Shown here one piece after another: positions 45,140 through 64,000 of a stretch of 64,000 bases of DNA. The position numbers and the translations under genes were made by a program. The DNA comes from the human T2T-CHM13v2.0 reference genome, Homo sapiens. The stretch lies in assembly GCF_009914755.1 (NCBI RefSeq), contig NC_060930.1. The stretch is one strand, 5' to 3'. The first letter of the stretch is position 1. Each line of letters begins with the position of its first letter. Under the pieces are notes generated by a model. The model did not search any database. It had not been told where the DNA came from and saw nothing but the letters and a program-made list of their open reading frames with translations.

Positions 45140-46941
<1,802 letters not shown>

Positions 46942-49030
46942 TAGACTGGATTGGAGTAACTATAAGTTAACTTAAAAAAATGTCGAAAGGCATAGGGGTA
47001 TTATTTTGGGTAACGTATCCCTAAAATATTTTGGTGGCAGTGCTGTATTTCATTAACATAAAGTATAAACTCTATTCCACCTGCTTTTTTTTTAAGAGGA
47101 CATGAAAAAAGAAATATCTCTCATATAGAAGTTTTGGAAGTATTTGACCCACTTAGTCACAAATTATCTTCAACTCAGATATTCTGCAATATGGAAACTA
47201 TTGTTCTTTTGCAGTAGGCCATACTCATTTTGCATGACCAGTCTGTTTAATGCTTTTCTAGTTTGCCAGTCTCTAGTACCTAACTTGATTCAGCAGTATG
47301 ACCTGTGCCATAGTCACTTTTCAGACGGATATTCATGCTGAAATTTGTGTTCAGCTTCTTAAGGCAACATCAGCCTTGGCCAGTGGTTTTCAGACTTAGT
47401 GCCTGTTTAAAACAATTTTTTTTTTCATGGAACCCATAATGTAGTAATGTTTTGGGATTGTATTTTGGGAGTTCATAGTTAAACCTATAATAGTGTAAAC
47501 CTAATCACTGATTTCAGTGAGGCTGTTTTGATGAACACAAATTAGAAATAGTAGGGGAGATTTGGTTTTTGCTCTGGTTGCATGGAATAGAGAGACTCCC
47601 GATTCACCAGTTAAGCAGTACACATATCACAGTTTTTAAAATAACTAGTCTTGCAATCTCAGGATGCTTTCCAAGTAAATAGAGACGGTAGGGGAAGCTT
47701 TATTCTGAGATCTGCACAAAAGTGGGTTATCCTGGCAGCACAGTGTACCTCATAGTTGTTCTCTGATGTGTAAAACTTGGTGTAACACATCTGAGTGTGT
47801 GTGTTGGTGTTTTATTCCAGTAGTTAAAATAGACATAAGACAAATTCATATAAAATGTTTGTAGACTGCAATGTCTTCTGAAGAATGCTGTCAGAAAATC
47901 ATTATTCTAGGTCCCCAGGTTTACATCCCTCTGTGAGACGCTCTTGTACCAGTTGTTGGGTAATTTGAACAGTTGCCTTTGTGGTACCATTAGGAGTCTC
48001 AACTTTTAAGGATCACTTACAGTTCTGTGCATAGGTGATTTTCAAAGCACCTGGGTGAAGTTACATGGCTCTAGAAAATTGAGCTTTAGAAAACAGCAAT
48101 AACATTGAAACAATCTTTGGGAGTGAGTTATCAGAGAACGTGCATTGTTGCCAAGGATGCTGGCATAAATTCTGGGAACCTCAAAATAAAAGAATCCATA
48201 TTTAAGCACTTCACAATTTACCTGAACCGAACACTGGAGTCAGTTCCTACCTGTTTCCACTAATCTCTGGGTAGGGGCTGGGGGCAGGCTCTGGCCCTGG
48301 GTGTGCGTTTTCAGGAGGCAGTTCTGGCTGACTTGAACTTGTTACCTGAGCTGCATTTACATTCTACTCTCTCCTCATCTGCAACTGCCCCAGTTTCTTC
48401 TGTAGTTAGGATAGGCGAGTCAAATGACCTTAGGCAAAGAAGCTGTTGAACATACACCAGGCTCGGTGTAACTTTTCATTGTTCTAAAAAGATACTCTTT
48501 TTCCAGTCTCTGGGATTTAGCCACCCTTGGACCAGGGCAATTAGGTATATCCCCTGGAGAGGGGAGGAAGGTAAGTGATGGGGGGGAGTAGGAGAGTAGC
48601 ATGAAAGGGACATTGTGGACATTAAGAAGCCAGGAAATCTAATCAAAATATGGAATGAATAGGGAGAACTCTTCTTTTTTTCATAGTTATAAAATAGTTA
48701 CAGAGAAAAATAAAGACTTTAGTAAAAGGTTACTGTAAAAACTTTAGGTTTCATTTCATTGGAAACGCTGTTAATATCTTTGTTAAAATAGATGAAAAAT
48801 GTAGCTACAATCTGAAGGATAAAAGATTTTTGTTCCCTCTCTTATCCCCTCTGCTTTCTAAAATGCTTTTTTTTTTTAATAGAATATAAGAATTTGGATT
48901 GGTATATATGGGGTATATCATTGTCTAAATCTTTACGTTACTGTGTTTTATTTATTTTTTTCCCTCTTGACAGACCACTTTCCCCAGCTCTTTGAGGAAA
49001 GAGGGGCAAAGAGGGGAAAGAAGGATGCTT

Positions 49031-49032
<2 letters not shown>

Positions 49033-49084
<52 letters not shown>

Positions 49085-49798
49085 GTAGCAGTAGTGGTAG
49101 TGGCAGTAGGTAAAAGAGTGTTCACTGGGTTATTTTCCTCATCTTGTTTCTTAGGAGAAGGTTTTTCTTATTTATTTTTGAGACAGTGTCTTGCTCTGTC
49201 ATCCAAGCTGGAGTGCAGTGGTTCAAACACAGCTCACCGCAGCCTCGATATCCTGGGCTCAAGAGATCCTCCTGTGTCAGCCTCTCGGGAGCTGGGACTA
49301 CAATCACATGCCACCATGCCGAATTTTTTTTTTTCCTAGAGATGGGGTCTCACTTTGTTGCCTAGGCCAGTCTTAAACTCCTGGGCTCAAGCAGTTCTTC
49401 CACCTTAGCCTCCCCAAGTAGTGGGGTTACATATGCGAGCTGGTCTTCCCTTCCCTTCCTCTCCTTTCCCTTCCTTTCCCCCTTCCCTTCCCTCTTCCCT
49501 TCCCCCTTCCTCTTCCCTTTTGACAGGGCCTCACTTTGTCAGGCTGATGTGCAGTGGCATGATCTCAACTCATTGCAACCTGTGCCACCCAGGCTCAAGT
49601 GATCCTCCCACCTCAGCCTCCCAAGTGGCTAAGACTACAGGCATGGGCTGCCCCACCTGGCTAATTTCTGTATTTTTTGTAGAGATGGGGTTTCACCATG
49701 TTGCCCAGGCTGGTCTTGAACTCCTGAGCTCAAGTCATCCACCTGCCTTGGCCTCCCAAAGTGCTGGAATTATGGGTGTGAACCACTGTGCCCAACCC
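49033..49798 (-). mobile_element. (TG)~24 at 49033-49080; two AluJ-like elements (49165-49445, 49518-49798) joined by a CT-rich tail
   Basis: Direct reading. Confidence 0.85.
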
Positions 49799-52659
49799 AA
49801 GGTTTTTCTTTTTTTGAAAGCATTATCACTTGGTGAACATTGGCCAGCAAGTGTCTTGGTTTCTTTAGATATGTGTAGATGCACAGGACGTCCTCTTAGA
49901 GGTAGGAAGCAGGCATGTACACATGTCCTGAGCTGTACTTACAGCCTCACCAGCCTTTGGCAAGGGTTTGAGACAGATGTGCTTAGTTCCTGCTAAGAAG
50001 GCAAATGTGTCTATTTCTGCTGATCCCTGGGCCCTGGAGTCTCAGGAGACATTTATGGACATTGACTGGGATTAGTAGGTATATCCACCAGACAGGATCT
50101 GGTGTAGACAGATTGACTCAAACAGACTCTGGGGAAATTTATTGAGACCTTGCCCTCATTGATTGCTGCCTAGAGGATCTTGGGGCTGGAGGACTCTTGG
50201 CAGCCATCTAACCATGTGTCCTAACCTAGGAGAAGTTTCTTCTGTAGCACCTCCGACAGCTAGGTATCTACTTTTTGCTTCACTATTCCCAGTGATGAGA
50301 AAAGCAAAAGCCCCCAAAAGCCCTGTCTTCTTTTGAACTGGGATCTGCTTCTCACTCTCCATTTCTTCTTGCATAGTCTACTGGAATATCACAGAACAAT
50401 TTTTCTCCCTCCTATCCATGAGTGCAGTTCAAGTATTTGAAGAAGGTTATCATACTTTTCTTTGGTCTTATAGTCCTCAGGCTAAATAGGCTCACATCCT
50501 GGAGTCTCAGTCCTTGGAAGATGTTGTTTTCAGACTTATCACTATTCTGATCACCTTGCTTTGGAATCACCCTACTTTGTCCATGAACCTTTTAAACAAC
50601 TGTTGGTGTTTGGGGATCACACATGCTTGGCGAACACCCTTGAACTGAATTAAACAGACTTTCTCAGTCTTTAATGGGCTCCTGTGGATTGTGCCTTTTG
50701 AAGAGGGTATGGAGCCTGTGGCATCACAGCATCTGTGTTCCTCCAGGCAGGGTGGGGAACATCAAGCTAAGTGCAACCTGCCTGGTGAAGAATGCTACCT
50801 ATGCACTGCTTGGACAAAAGGTTTTGTTATTGTTGTTTTTTAAATTTTGGAAGTATCCCTGATATTTGCATTACTAAAACAATAATAAAACATAGGAAAG
50901 AAAAAGCGAACATCACCTAATCCTATCAATTTAGATATAATCATTGGAAAAAAAATCAGTATTTTTCATATTTTTCTGTGCTAACTTACATAAAATATAT
51001 GATATATTTTAAAAAATGGAATCATGAATACTATTTTGTGGTATACTTTTAAAATTTAATTTTTGAGGTCAAAGCTTTCTAGGGCAGTAGAAAGCATGAT
51101 ACTCCATTTACCCACTGTAGAGGAGTACTGTAGTTTATCTAACCATGTCCCTTATTGTCAGATAATTTAGGTTATTTCCAATATTTTGCCTTATAACTGT
51201 CCATGTCCTCATATTTATTTCTCTTGGATAAATTCGTGGAAGTGGAATCATTGCCATCATTGCCTAATAGGCATTTTGAAGGATGCTTTTTTTTTCACCT
51301 GATTGTTATTTAGGAAGTCTCAATAGAGAATAAATCCTCCACCTTGTCAATTTCATTGTCTTAAACAAGAGTCTACTTGGCAGAATGGCTTGTTCTCTTT
51401 GCTTGGATCCGTGTATTTCTTAGACCAGTGCTCCTTGGACCCTAGCTCCTGAGGCAAACCTTTTTCATGCAATTTAGGGTTCTTTCAGATCTCCCTGTGT
51501 GGAAGTGTTGTCTTCTACTACAGTATGTTTGCTGGAATGAGAAAGTCCTGTGACTTCACTTGTGGTTTCAGAGTCACAGCTTCCAAGTATCATTGTCTTG
51601 GCAGAATCAGCCATAGCTTTTTCCTTGGCTGAATCCTAGGTAGGTGTGAGCCTGTATTATATGATTCAGATCTTTGCCCTTGTCGTGGGACTTTCTTACC
51701 TTGGGCCTTTGAATGCTCTCATAAATGGTAGTTGAGTAGATTCACAAATGATAAGGCACATGGCACTTTCATTAGATGAAATGTAATTAACAAGAACCAT
51801 AAGCTAATATGCATGTAGAACTAGTCCAATGTCTTAGAAGATAATTTAGTATCATAATGAAAGGAGACATTGTTTTTCTTCCCAGACAGTTCTGAAGGCA
51901 GTTGATTTTATCTGTATAGCCAACAACAATTTCTTAAGTCTCATGGTCCTTCCCCACTCCACTAGAAGCTGCAGAGTAGTCCTTCTCATTCTCATTTACT
52001 GTCCCAATTTCCTGACCCTTTCACTATCTCCCTGTCCTGGGAGAGGGGTGTCCAGGTGATGAGGACCTATGGCCTCTTTTCTGCCATGAGGAGCTCCTTG
52101 TGGAGCCCTGTCCTCCTTGCTGAGGCCCTCAAGAGTGCAGCCTGCTTTTCTGTATCCTTTCAAAGCTACCATTGTGTACTATGTTGCTTGTGGCTGTCTT
52201 TTCTTTCAAGCCTGGCAGATAGGATGATATTCCTCAGGGACCTCCTTATTTGCTGTCTCAGAAAACAAGCACAGAGGACTTTCTTAGTTACCCTGTAGAA
52301 CAGACAAAGAAAATCAAGACGCCCAGATGCGGGGAAGTGACTGAGAACCTTGCAAGGTTCTTTTAAGGCAATCTCTCTGCTCTTTGATGCCTAACCTTAT
52401 GGGGCACAGCCACACTCACTTGCAGAATCTGAGCTAAGGTGTGGCCAGGAGAAGTCCAGGCCAGTGAATGTTATCAGTGGTCATTTCTTGGTTTCCTGAA
52501 TCCATCTGTCTTAAATCAGCTGTCACTAGCAACCAAAAAAAGATCTTATCATCTGTCATAGGCATGACCTGAAGAGAAGCAGCTGTGCTTTGTTTTTTGC
52601 TAAGTCTTGGGCAGTTCAGTTTGGCACTTAGAGTATTCCAGCTCCTTTTCTTATAAGAA

Positions 52660-52668
52660 TATCTATCT

Positions 52669-52707
<39 letters not shown>

Positions 52708-52872
52708 ACTATCTATCTTTAACTAACTAACTAACTAACTAACTAAAGCATTTTAAAACGTGGCATCTCGCTTTGTTGCTCAGGCTGGTCTCCAACTGTT
52801 GGACTCAAGCACTCCTCCTATCTTGGCCTCCTGAGTGTCTGAGACTACAGGCACAGGCCACCATGCCCAGCC
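52660..52872 (-). repeat. (TATC)n/(TAAC)n STR derived from the tail of an Alu monomer (52755-52872)
   Basis: TSD CAGCTCCTTTTCTT at 52639-52652 and 52874-52887 encloses both the STR and the monomer. Confidence 0.85.
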
Positions 52873-53789
52873 TCAGCTCCTTTTCTTTTAAATCTCTTGG
52901 TCCAATTTATATTCTTTGCCAGCATCCTTGGGACAGCACAAATGTTGAAGTTTGGGGAAACATTTTGTACAACTTTGTTCACTGAATCACAGTCACTGCT
53001 TGTGCTGTTGATAATCAAAACTAGGCTGCACAGAGTGACGTAGTCACATATTTGGCTTGGGTGTACAGATGTTTCCCTTCAAGCATCTTGGATGTCTTGC
53101 TCCTTATCAGAATTTTATCTCCCCCAAATTCATTGTTTGTGAATTAACTGTAAAGTTCTGGGAGCGATTTCCTTTTCAACAGTTTGCCTTTCTAGAAAAA
53201 AACTTTTGGCGTTTAAATAGCACTTAACCCTCTATCGTTTTACTCTCTCTGAAGTGGTCTCTGTGGAGAACATGTTGGGTCTTCTCTGTTCAATATCTCT
53301 CTCTCTCTTTCTTGGCAAAGCCTGGATGCGAGAAGTTGGTCCAATCTTTCCTGTCCAGGGTTGCTTGTTAATACAGCATCTGGAGCAAAGGAAAGGCTAT
53401 TAGCACCTTGTCACTTGGAGTTTCTTAAGCATTGTTCCATTTATGTGTTCTTTCTGCAGAGATTTAATGAAAGTGGCATCTGTCTTTACACCTGACATAT
53501 GCAGGTTGTCCGCAGAACTGAACAAGTGGTGTCAGCAACACTGTATATGCAGGAAGGCTTCATGCTCACGTCGTTTTTTCTGTGTTCTCTGGGAGTAGCC
53601 AACTTCTTTATTCATCAGAGTAGGGCTTTACATTTTAATATTCTAGAGAGAGATGCTTGTGGTGATATATTTAGCCTTAAATTCAGGAATGGCTTCTTTT
53701 TTCAATGTCTTTACATTTTACGCCTCCCATTTTCTGTGTTAATAGGTAAGTGTGCCTACATTTAAATTCTGAAATGGCATTTGCTAACA

Positions 53790-55253
<1,464 letters not shown>

Positions 55254-55314
55254 ATGCTGGGTTCTTAATCTCCAGGCTGTGCTGGACTCTCACCTTCTAA
55301 CCAACCTTGAGGTA

Positions 55315-55840
<526 letters not shown>

Positions 55841-56089
55841 GTTTAGATCAGTGGGTTTCAAATGTCAGAGAGCAGGTGTGTATTTTATCATATTTAGCTT
55901 CTAGAGTTATGTCTAAGTCTCGAAATTTACAGTTTTATGATATAGCCATTGTTGATTTATCTAAAAGTCTATATGCATTTAAAATGCTTATTTTTGAAAT
56001 ATTTAGATAACCAAATCTGTATGTAACAAAAATAACAAATCCCACCACATAGCAATTTGTCTTGTTTTAAGATACCTAAAAGATCAGAC

Positions 56090-56578
<489 letters not shown>

Positions 56579-59500
56579 GTTAGTTACTTAGGTAACTAGG
56601 TAACTAAGTATATTACTAAGTTACTTAGATAATTAAGTTAGTTCCAGTTAGAGACCCATAGAATAAACCTTATTGAGAAATAAGTATAACCTGCTATATA
56701 CAGAACTTTGAAATCTGCTTAGGAAAATGACTTTTACCAGACAGATCATGCTAAGTGTGTGCTGGTCATATTGGCTTCCCTGCAAGAGCCTGCCATGTCC
56801 ACAGCTTTCTTTACAGGATTTCCTTTTGTTAGTATCCCCAAGCTTGGTGCATGCAACTTCACAGTTTGGTGGCCATAGCTGCTTGAACTAGGTATGCTTA
56901 TGCCTGACTCCCAAGGTACGCATCGATAGGCTAACCAGCAGCATGTATTGGGAAGAGATTGATCCTCTTGGGAGTTTGAGACAGAGACAAAGAAATGGGA
57001 AGACAGCAAAAGGCATGAGGAATAAAAGCCCTTAGTTAAGCAGAAACCATGAGGAGATGAAGAGGCTCTTAATGAGCCAGTGGTAACAAGAACAATAGGA
57101 GGTGGAATTGGGTGACAGAGCACAGGATGGCTGCTTTGGAAAGGGTGACTTTTAGAATCGAAGTTGAGTCAATGTACTTAAACTAATATGTGCACAGTAT
57201 GTTTTAGTTTTCTAGAAGGCCCAACTGGGCAGCTGCTCATAGGGGTTCCTGTTTTGTACTTCCCTATTTTGCTTGCTTCTCTAGGGAGCCTCATGTTAAA
57301 TCATCATTAACTGAGGCAATTTCATAATATGTCTATTCCTTGTTGCCTGGATGAACCCATTGAATATATAACTATATTAGAAGACCAAGTGGTTTCAGAT
57401 GGGTTGCAGGTGGGTTTCATGGCATGCTGCTTCGTTGAAGCAGTGACTCTCAGCCTGGCTGTGCCTCAGAAACACCTGGGTAGCCTCTGCCTCTTTATTT
57501 AAAAACTTTCTGTATGTGAGATTCTCACGGGCAGTTGAAGTCTGTATTACAGGAGAGAATGGGAGATAGAAGCTGTTACTTTCAGCTTGTTGATGGGTTG
57601 ACTTTCCCAAAATAAAGCTGCATAGGGCGTACTTCAGAAAACTTCAGGCCTTACTTCATTCATTTCCTTAGATCAGACCAAATAAGCCAGCTCACCATAT
57701 TTATTCCAGAGATGTGTTGCTTTGCCTCCAATAACATTTTCCTTAACATTTCCTGTTAGAGCCTCTGGGTACTATTTCTTTTGAGGGAGATGCTAAGAGT
57801 TTGAAAAGCCTTAAAAAAATCATTAAAAAATACATGGAATAGAGTGTTGAAATCAGCATTGTAAATCATTTTCTGAAAATTCAGTAAGTCTAAAGAAGTT
57901 TTTCTGTTTTGAATGATCGGCACTGACCCTATCCAGTTGGTCAGTGCCTCCCTTATCCTGCTAGTCACCTCTTCCTCCTGTCTTTCCTATTAGAACCAAG
58001 GAAAGTATACAAGTACCTCCATGCAGCAAATCCACTGGATTCTCTGACACAAATCAATCCAGAGGGGAATGAGTGAAGATACAGAATACTTTACATTGTT
58101 GCTCAGATGGTTGGCTGAGTTCCATTAGGGTAATATATTCTGGGAATGTGGTCCAGTGCTTGGTTTCAAGCCCAGCTTAAAAGATTTGGGGCCTGACCAA
58201 GAGCATAATCAGGATTCTCTTATTCTCCAACCTAGTATCCTTGAGGAGATTGTAAACTACTCGAGAGTCCAGGACTGTTTACCTATTGTACTTTTATGTT
58301 AAGTACCTCTACCCCTAAAAGCAATCTCTTTGTGATATACACAGAATATTTGCCCAGTAAGTCCCTCAGCCTTGAGTACAAATTTTAAGCCCGAGCTGCT
58401 TTCCTCAGGGGCCCAGCCAGTCTCTTTACTCAGCAGCCTTATCTGACATAGCCCATCTTTAATTTAGCTTTGTTCACGATGCAGGGATCAATAACAGCGA
58501 CGCTGGGAGGGAGGGAGAATGGCCAACTGCAAACAGCCGCCCATCTCAGCACTTGAACTGAACTCTACTTTGGTCAGGATGATTAGTGCAGTCTGGAGAG
58601 CCATTAAGTGCTCTCTGACTAGTTCATCTGAGTTCTGCTTCCCACTACACTCAATGACTAACCCAGGAGATTACAGATGCTTGAGGAGAAAGAGTGTCGT
58701 GTCTCCCTGTGTGGTACTGAGTAGTGTTTGTACCACTGTCTCAGGAATGTGAATTACAGTGCAAATGAGCTGCCTCTCTTGTTTCCTTTTCTGCACGTCA
58801 TTTTAGAGAGAGTGATTTATTTTCTGTTTGCGAAGGCTTGGTCTCATCATTTAGATGAGAGAGAAATTGCATGTACTTTCAACTTTTGGCTGGTTATAGG
58901 CATCTCCTTTTTTTTTTTTTCCATTGTGAGAGTTGTTTATGCTGATTGAATGAAAAGATTCGTTTTCTTAGGCTTTCAGTGATGACACTCCATTTCTTCC
59001 ATGTGATAAAATTATAATGCGTGATTTTATTTTATTATTTTTTAAAAGTAAAACTGTCACCTAACATTTCCTCTACAGTTGGGTAAAAAACTAAGAAAAG
59101 CATCTCATTTCCTATTGGTTCCATGAGCAACCCTTTTTAGCATACAGATCAGAAGCCTTGTGTGGCTCTAAGCCTATTTCCTCAATTGGGGAAGTAACAG
59201 ACTCTGTTCCCAAGATATGAATAGGTGTGCTGGGTGAGAAGTGCTCTGTGCTCAAGGACTTTGACCCTTCATTTTCCAAACTTAAACAAGTTTCTCCATT
59301 TCTCTGTTCTTAGAACCTTTGGTATTCATATACTTAACATGTACATTTCTTGAAGCGCCAATTATCATCTCACAGGACACTGGTGTTCCAGGGAACTTGG
59401 AGAAAAGCTGACAAGTTATTTTAGTGTGTTATCTTTTACACAAAGGGACTCTGTTTTAGAATTTGCCATATCTGCTTTAACGCTGTACAAATTAGCCAAC

Positions 59501-60150
59501 TGGAGAAATATATGTTAAATAACGGGTGAACAACACATAATCACCCAACCTACTTTTAGGAAGATTACTAAAACATTCCATTTAACAATCATTCAGCACT
59601 ATCTGTTTGTAAAGGACACGTAAGTTTTAAAGGAAGAAGCTGGTGACTTGGGAATGGACTGGAATAAAGTCAGAGAAGTCCTTTGTCCAGGGAACTTCAT
59701 CATTGGGTTTGACTTGAGAAGAACAAATCAGATAAGATTAGTCTCCTCATTATAAATGTTTAAGGTAATTTCAGATCACTCTGCTTTAAAAGTCTTGTGA
59801 AATGGGGTTGGGAAAGTTTCCTTAAATCATTTACACTTGTTGATTGTGTGCAGTTTATATTATGAGCCTGCTGCCCCCACAGGTGCTGAGCTGTGCTCAC
59901 ACATGGGAGGGGACATCACAGAAAAGAAGACGTAGATTTATTACCTATGGTTCTGAACTGGGACAATTGATAAAAATTACAGGTGCTGAGGATTGGCTTG
60001 AAACGCAGAATAATCTTCCTAACAGAGCTGTCCACTCATAGAATGTGCTTATTGTGAGGGTGGGGATAGAGGATGGGGAATTGAATTCCTTGCAGCTGGG
60101 TAAGTTCAAGTATAGATTGCTTGCCCTCTTAACTAGGATGTCCTATAGAA

Positions 60151-60489
60151 CAGCCGTCCCCAACCTTTTTGGTACCAGGGAGTAGTTTTGTGGAAGACAA
60201 TTTTTCCACAGACCGAGTGGGTAGGGGGATGGTTTTGGGATAAACTGTTCCACCTCAGATCATCAGGCATTAGATTCTCATAAGGAGTGTGCAGCCTGCT
60301 TCCCTCGCATGTGCAGTTCACAGTAGGGTTCACGCTCCTATGAGAATCAAATGCCTTGGCTGATCTGACAGGAGGCAGAACTCAGGTGGTAATGTTTGGT
60401 CACCTGCCGCTCACCTCCTGCTGTGCGGTCTGGTTCCTAACAGGCCACAGACTGGTACTGGTCCACAGCCCAGGGGTTGGGGACACCTG
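60151..60489. mobile_element. MER1B (hAT-Charlie MITE), complete
   Basis: TIRs CAGCCGTCCCCAACC / GGTTGGGGACACCTG; perfect 8-bp TSD CTATAGAA (60143-60150, 60490-60497). Confidence 0.92.
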
Positions 60490-62005
60490 CTATAGAACAT
60501 TCAAGTAGGAAAATACTTCCTTTGGTCTAAGATTCTGAAATTTACAATGTTCCCTGCTCATATATCAAATGATGTATTAGCTAGAGCTTATTGAATGTCA
60601 CAGTTTTACTGTCAAGAACTTAAAACTTCTATTATGAGGCAGAGCATTTGGTAAGGATAGTTGAGTCCCTCAGTGACTGTTTGGATTGGTTCTATGTCCT
60701 AGGATTGAGTACATGATATCATTTTGATGAGGTTAAAATCCAATTAGGAGGTCTGTCCCTTTGGCTGCTGGCTGGGTTTGTTACTTTTTAGTTCCAGTAG
60801 AGATATGTGAAGCTTTTCTGAACATGTTTAGCAAGGTTTGATTTTGGCATTTCTGAATATAACTGTGAGAAGAATTATCTTCCTGCTGTCCTGGTGGCAG
60901 AAGACATTGGACTTTGTTTGCTTGTCTCTTTGGGGGCAGATACACGGGCATTTAAAGAGCCATTCTAATTTTAGGAACTTGAGAATCAGGAGTCCTGAGG
61001 GTTAGTGCTAATACTTTAAAAGGTTCTTAGGTCTGCAATTTTAGTTAATAGTGTGGGGCTGAAAAAGCCTTTTTCCAGGAATATTGTGAGAGTAAGTGGG
61101 AAGTAGAGCTTTTAGAATTTTAGGAGAAAAGGGCATGGCTATTTCAGTTAATAATACATGAAGAGTTTTCTCCTTTCAGAGTCCTCCTTTCTTTGGGTTT
61201 CAAAAGGTAAGACAATCCACGGGTTTTTTAGTTTGTCTTTCAGGTGAATTGTAAAGTTTTCCTGTAAATACTGTCATTGCACTGACATGGATATTGCTGA
61301 GCAGATAAAACAAATAGCAAGTTGAGGAGGCAGTTAATTCACACTCTTCCTTCTCTAATATGGTCTGCGGCTCTAAGAATTGTTGTCTCATCCATGGCTT
61401 TTAGACCCTTAAATTTTAGTGAGTTTCATCACACGGAAACTATTGATAATTTCTTCTTCTGAAGTTTTTTGTAAGTGGTCCCTGCTAGCTAATGGTGCAC
61501 AAAATGAAGCAATACAACATTTCTCTTATGGGGACTGGGAGAGAACTGACATCCTTTATAAATATGTAGCTGATATATAGGTTACCAGCCTAAGGGCTGC
61601 CTGGTGGGGAAAGTGAGGCCTGTGCCTGTCTCTACCACTGAAGACATGTTCATCAAGCCAATATATGCCTCAGACATTAAAAATATCCTTTTTTTCATTT
61701 TAAAATAATTGCCATTAAGTATACATAACATAAAATTTACCATTTTAACCACTATTAATAAATATATGTTCAGCGGCATGAAGTATATTCTCAATGTTAT
61801 GCAACGTATCCATTTCCAGAACTTTTTCATCCCAAACAGAAACTGTATCAAACACTGAGTCCTCATTCCACCTCCCCATCGCCCCTGACAATCACTAATC
61901 TACTTTCTGTTTCCATGGAAACAGAAAATATCCCTATTTGGCATGTTTTATATAAATCAATTATATAATACGTGGCCTTTTGTGTCTGGCTTGTGTCATT
62001 TAGCA

Positions 62006-62351
62006 GAAGGGTCCCCAACCCCAGGGCTGCGGATAGGTACTGTTCCATGACCTTTTAGGAACCTGGGTCACACAGCAGGAGGTGAGCGGCAGGTAAGTGA
62101 GCATTACCGCCTGAGTTCTACCTCCTGTCAGATCAGCGGTGGCATTAGATTCTCATAGTTACGAGAACCCTGTTGTGAACTGTGCATTCAAGAGATGTAG
62201 GCTGTGTGCTCCATATGAGAATCTAGTTGATGCTCGATGATCTGAGGTGGAACTTTTTCATCCTGAAACCATCTCTCCTCCCCCCCACTTTTATTGAAAA
62301 GTTGTCTTCCAGGAAACCAGTCCTTGGTGCCAACAAGGTTGGGGACTGCTG
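62006..62351. mobile_element. Second MER1B, inverted relative to the first, nested in an L1MB 3' end (~61690-62660, minus)
   Basis: TIRs GGGTCCCCAACC / GGTTGGGGACTGCTG; TSD ATTTAGCA (61998-62005) / ACTTAGCA (62352-62359). Confidence 0.9.
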
Positions 62352-62661
62352 ACTTAGCATATGTTTTCAAGTTTCCTCTATGTTGTAGCATGTGCTAGAA
62401 GTTCATTCCTTTTTAATGCTGAATAATATTCTGTTGTATGCATATACCAATTTTTAAAAAAGTCATTCATACTTCAATGGACCTTTGAATTGTTTTTATT
62501 TTTTGGCTACTGTGAATACTATTGTGAACATTACTGTATGGCTGAACATTGCTGTATCTGAGTTCCTTCTTTCAGTTCTTTTGAGTATATACCTAGGAGT
62601 GGAATTACTGGATCATATGGCAGTTCTGTGTTTAACCACCTGTTTCCTGCAGTGCCTTGGC

Positions 62662-62975
<314 letters not shown>

Positions 62976-64000
62976 TGAAACTGGGCAGTAATACCTGTGC
63001 TTGTAAGAGTGTTTACAAATATTTATCAGCCTTTTGGAACTTTAAATTAGAAAAGTGAACAGACTGTATTTGTTAGCACTTTATATACTTACATTATGTC
63101 ATGGAACTTATTATTCGTGTTTCCTGAATGTCTGTTGTTTGGATACCTGTGTGTGTTTCCTACTCTATTAGAAATTCCTTGACCTGATCTGCAGTTCTCC
63201 ATCTTTGTCCACCTTTTTTGTACCTTGTACTCAATAAATGTTTGTTGATAAATTGATTAGATGTGCAACATATTCTAAAGTATTATTTTTAAAAAAGAGA
63301 TCCATTTACAAGAAGCACATTGGAATTATTTCCAGGTTTTGTTTTGCTAAAGTTAAGATCTGACATTATTTGTTAATTTCTCTTGGTTATGGAATGAAAA
63401 GTATTCCCACTGTTAAAAATAAATGTTAGATGTAGGAAGTAAACAGAGATGTATTTAGACATTGGGGAAAGGCTTCCACTGGGATCTGAAATATTGTGGG
63501 AAGAGAATCGCTATTGTTAGAGTAGTTCTGTGCCGTGTTAGTCTTTATTTTGTTTAGATACTGCTTTTTTGGGGGACCACTCTGCAGGCATCTAAATCTG
63601 AAGTGTAAGCCTCTTTTTTGATAAATGAGGGATAGCTAAAAGATGGGTTATTTTGGTTATTGGTTTTGCTTTTAATAGATAAACCAGAATTTTTACCTCT
63701 TGGGAGAGAATGTTATCTACTTATTTATAGCAAGCAAGTGTTGTTACGGCAGGTGGCTGTGGATGTTGGCATTCAAATGGCACTGATAAGACTTTAAACA
63801 AGGTAGCCATCCAGTTATGCTTAGGCTAAAAAATGGCTGTGTGCAGATTAGGCTACATATTTCACATGGATATAAAGTTCTACTTTTATTAACAAACATA
63901 ACAGTGCATTGCTTTTGTGTTTTTAGTTTCTCTTAGCCCTTATTTCTTGTCTCTTTTGGTGGCTTGCTGTTGTCTATAGCTGAGCTGAAACTTTCTGTGC

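Overview
Primate (almost certainly human) genomic DNA, very rich in Alu elements, covering the 5' end of CARMIL1 (LRRC16A). It contains a CpG-island promoter (~34.6-36.3 kb), coding exon 1 (ATG at 35551), coding exon 2 (40577-40674), and the start of a long intron 2 that runs off the window. Four L1-mobilised retrocopies are present: an old KATNBL1 processed pseudogene (~3.9-4.6 kb), an RPL21 retrocopy with an open reading frame (17.0-17.5 kb), a full-length minus-strand HNRNPA3 retrocopy split by two Alus (27.6-29.6 kb), and a Y3 RNA retrocopy in intron 2 (43.2-43.3 kb). The rest is about 40 Alus, L1/L2/MIR remnants, MaLR LTRs, hAT-Charlie MITEs (MER1B x2, MER20, MER5) and microsatellites. 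I found no convincing new gene system. The most unusual signals are fossil DNA-repair or template-switch events: a 162-bp copy of an Alu/pseudogene junction pasted 3.4 kb away between 33-bp direct repeats, and a hairpin mosaic inside an Alu. Also notable are a start-stop uORF and a stop-free in-frame leader upstream of CARMIL1. Parent-gene sequences and repeat subfamilies are from memory, and repeat boundaries are approximate.
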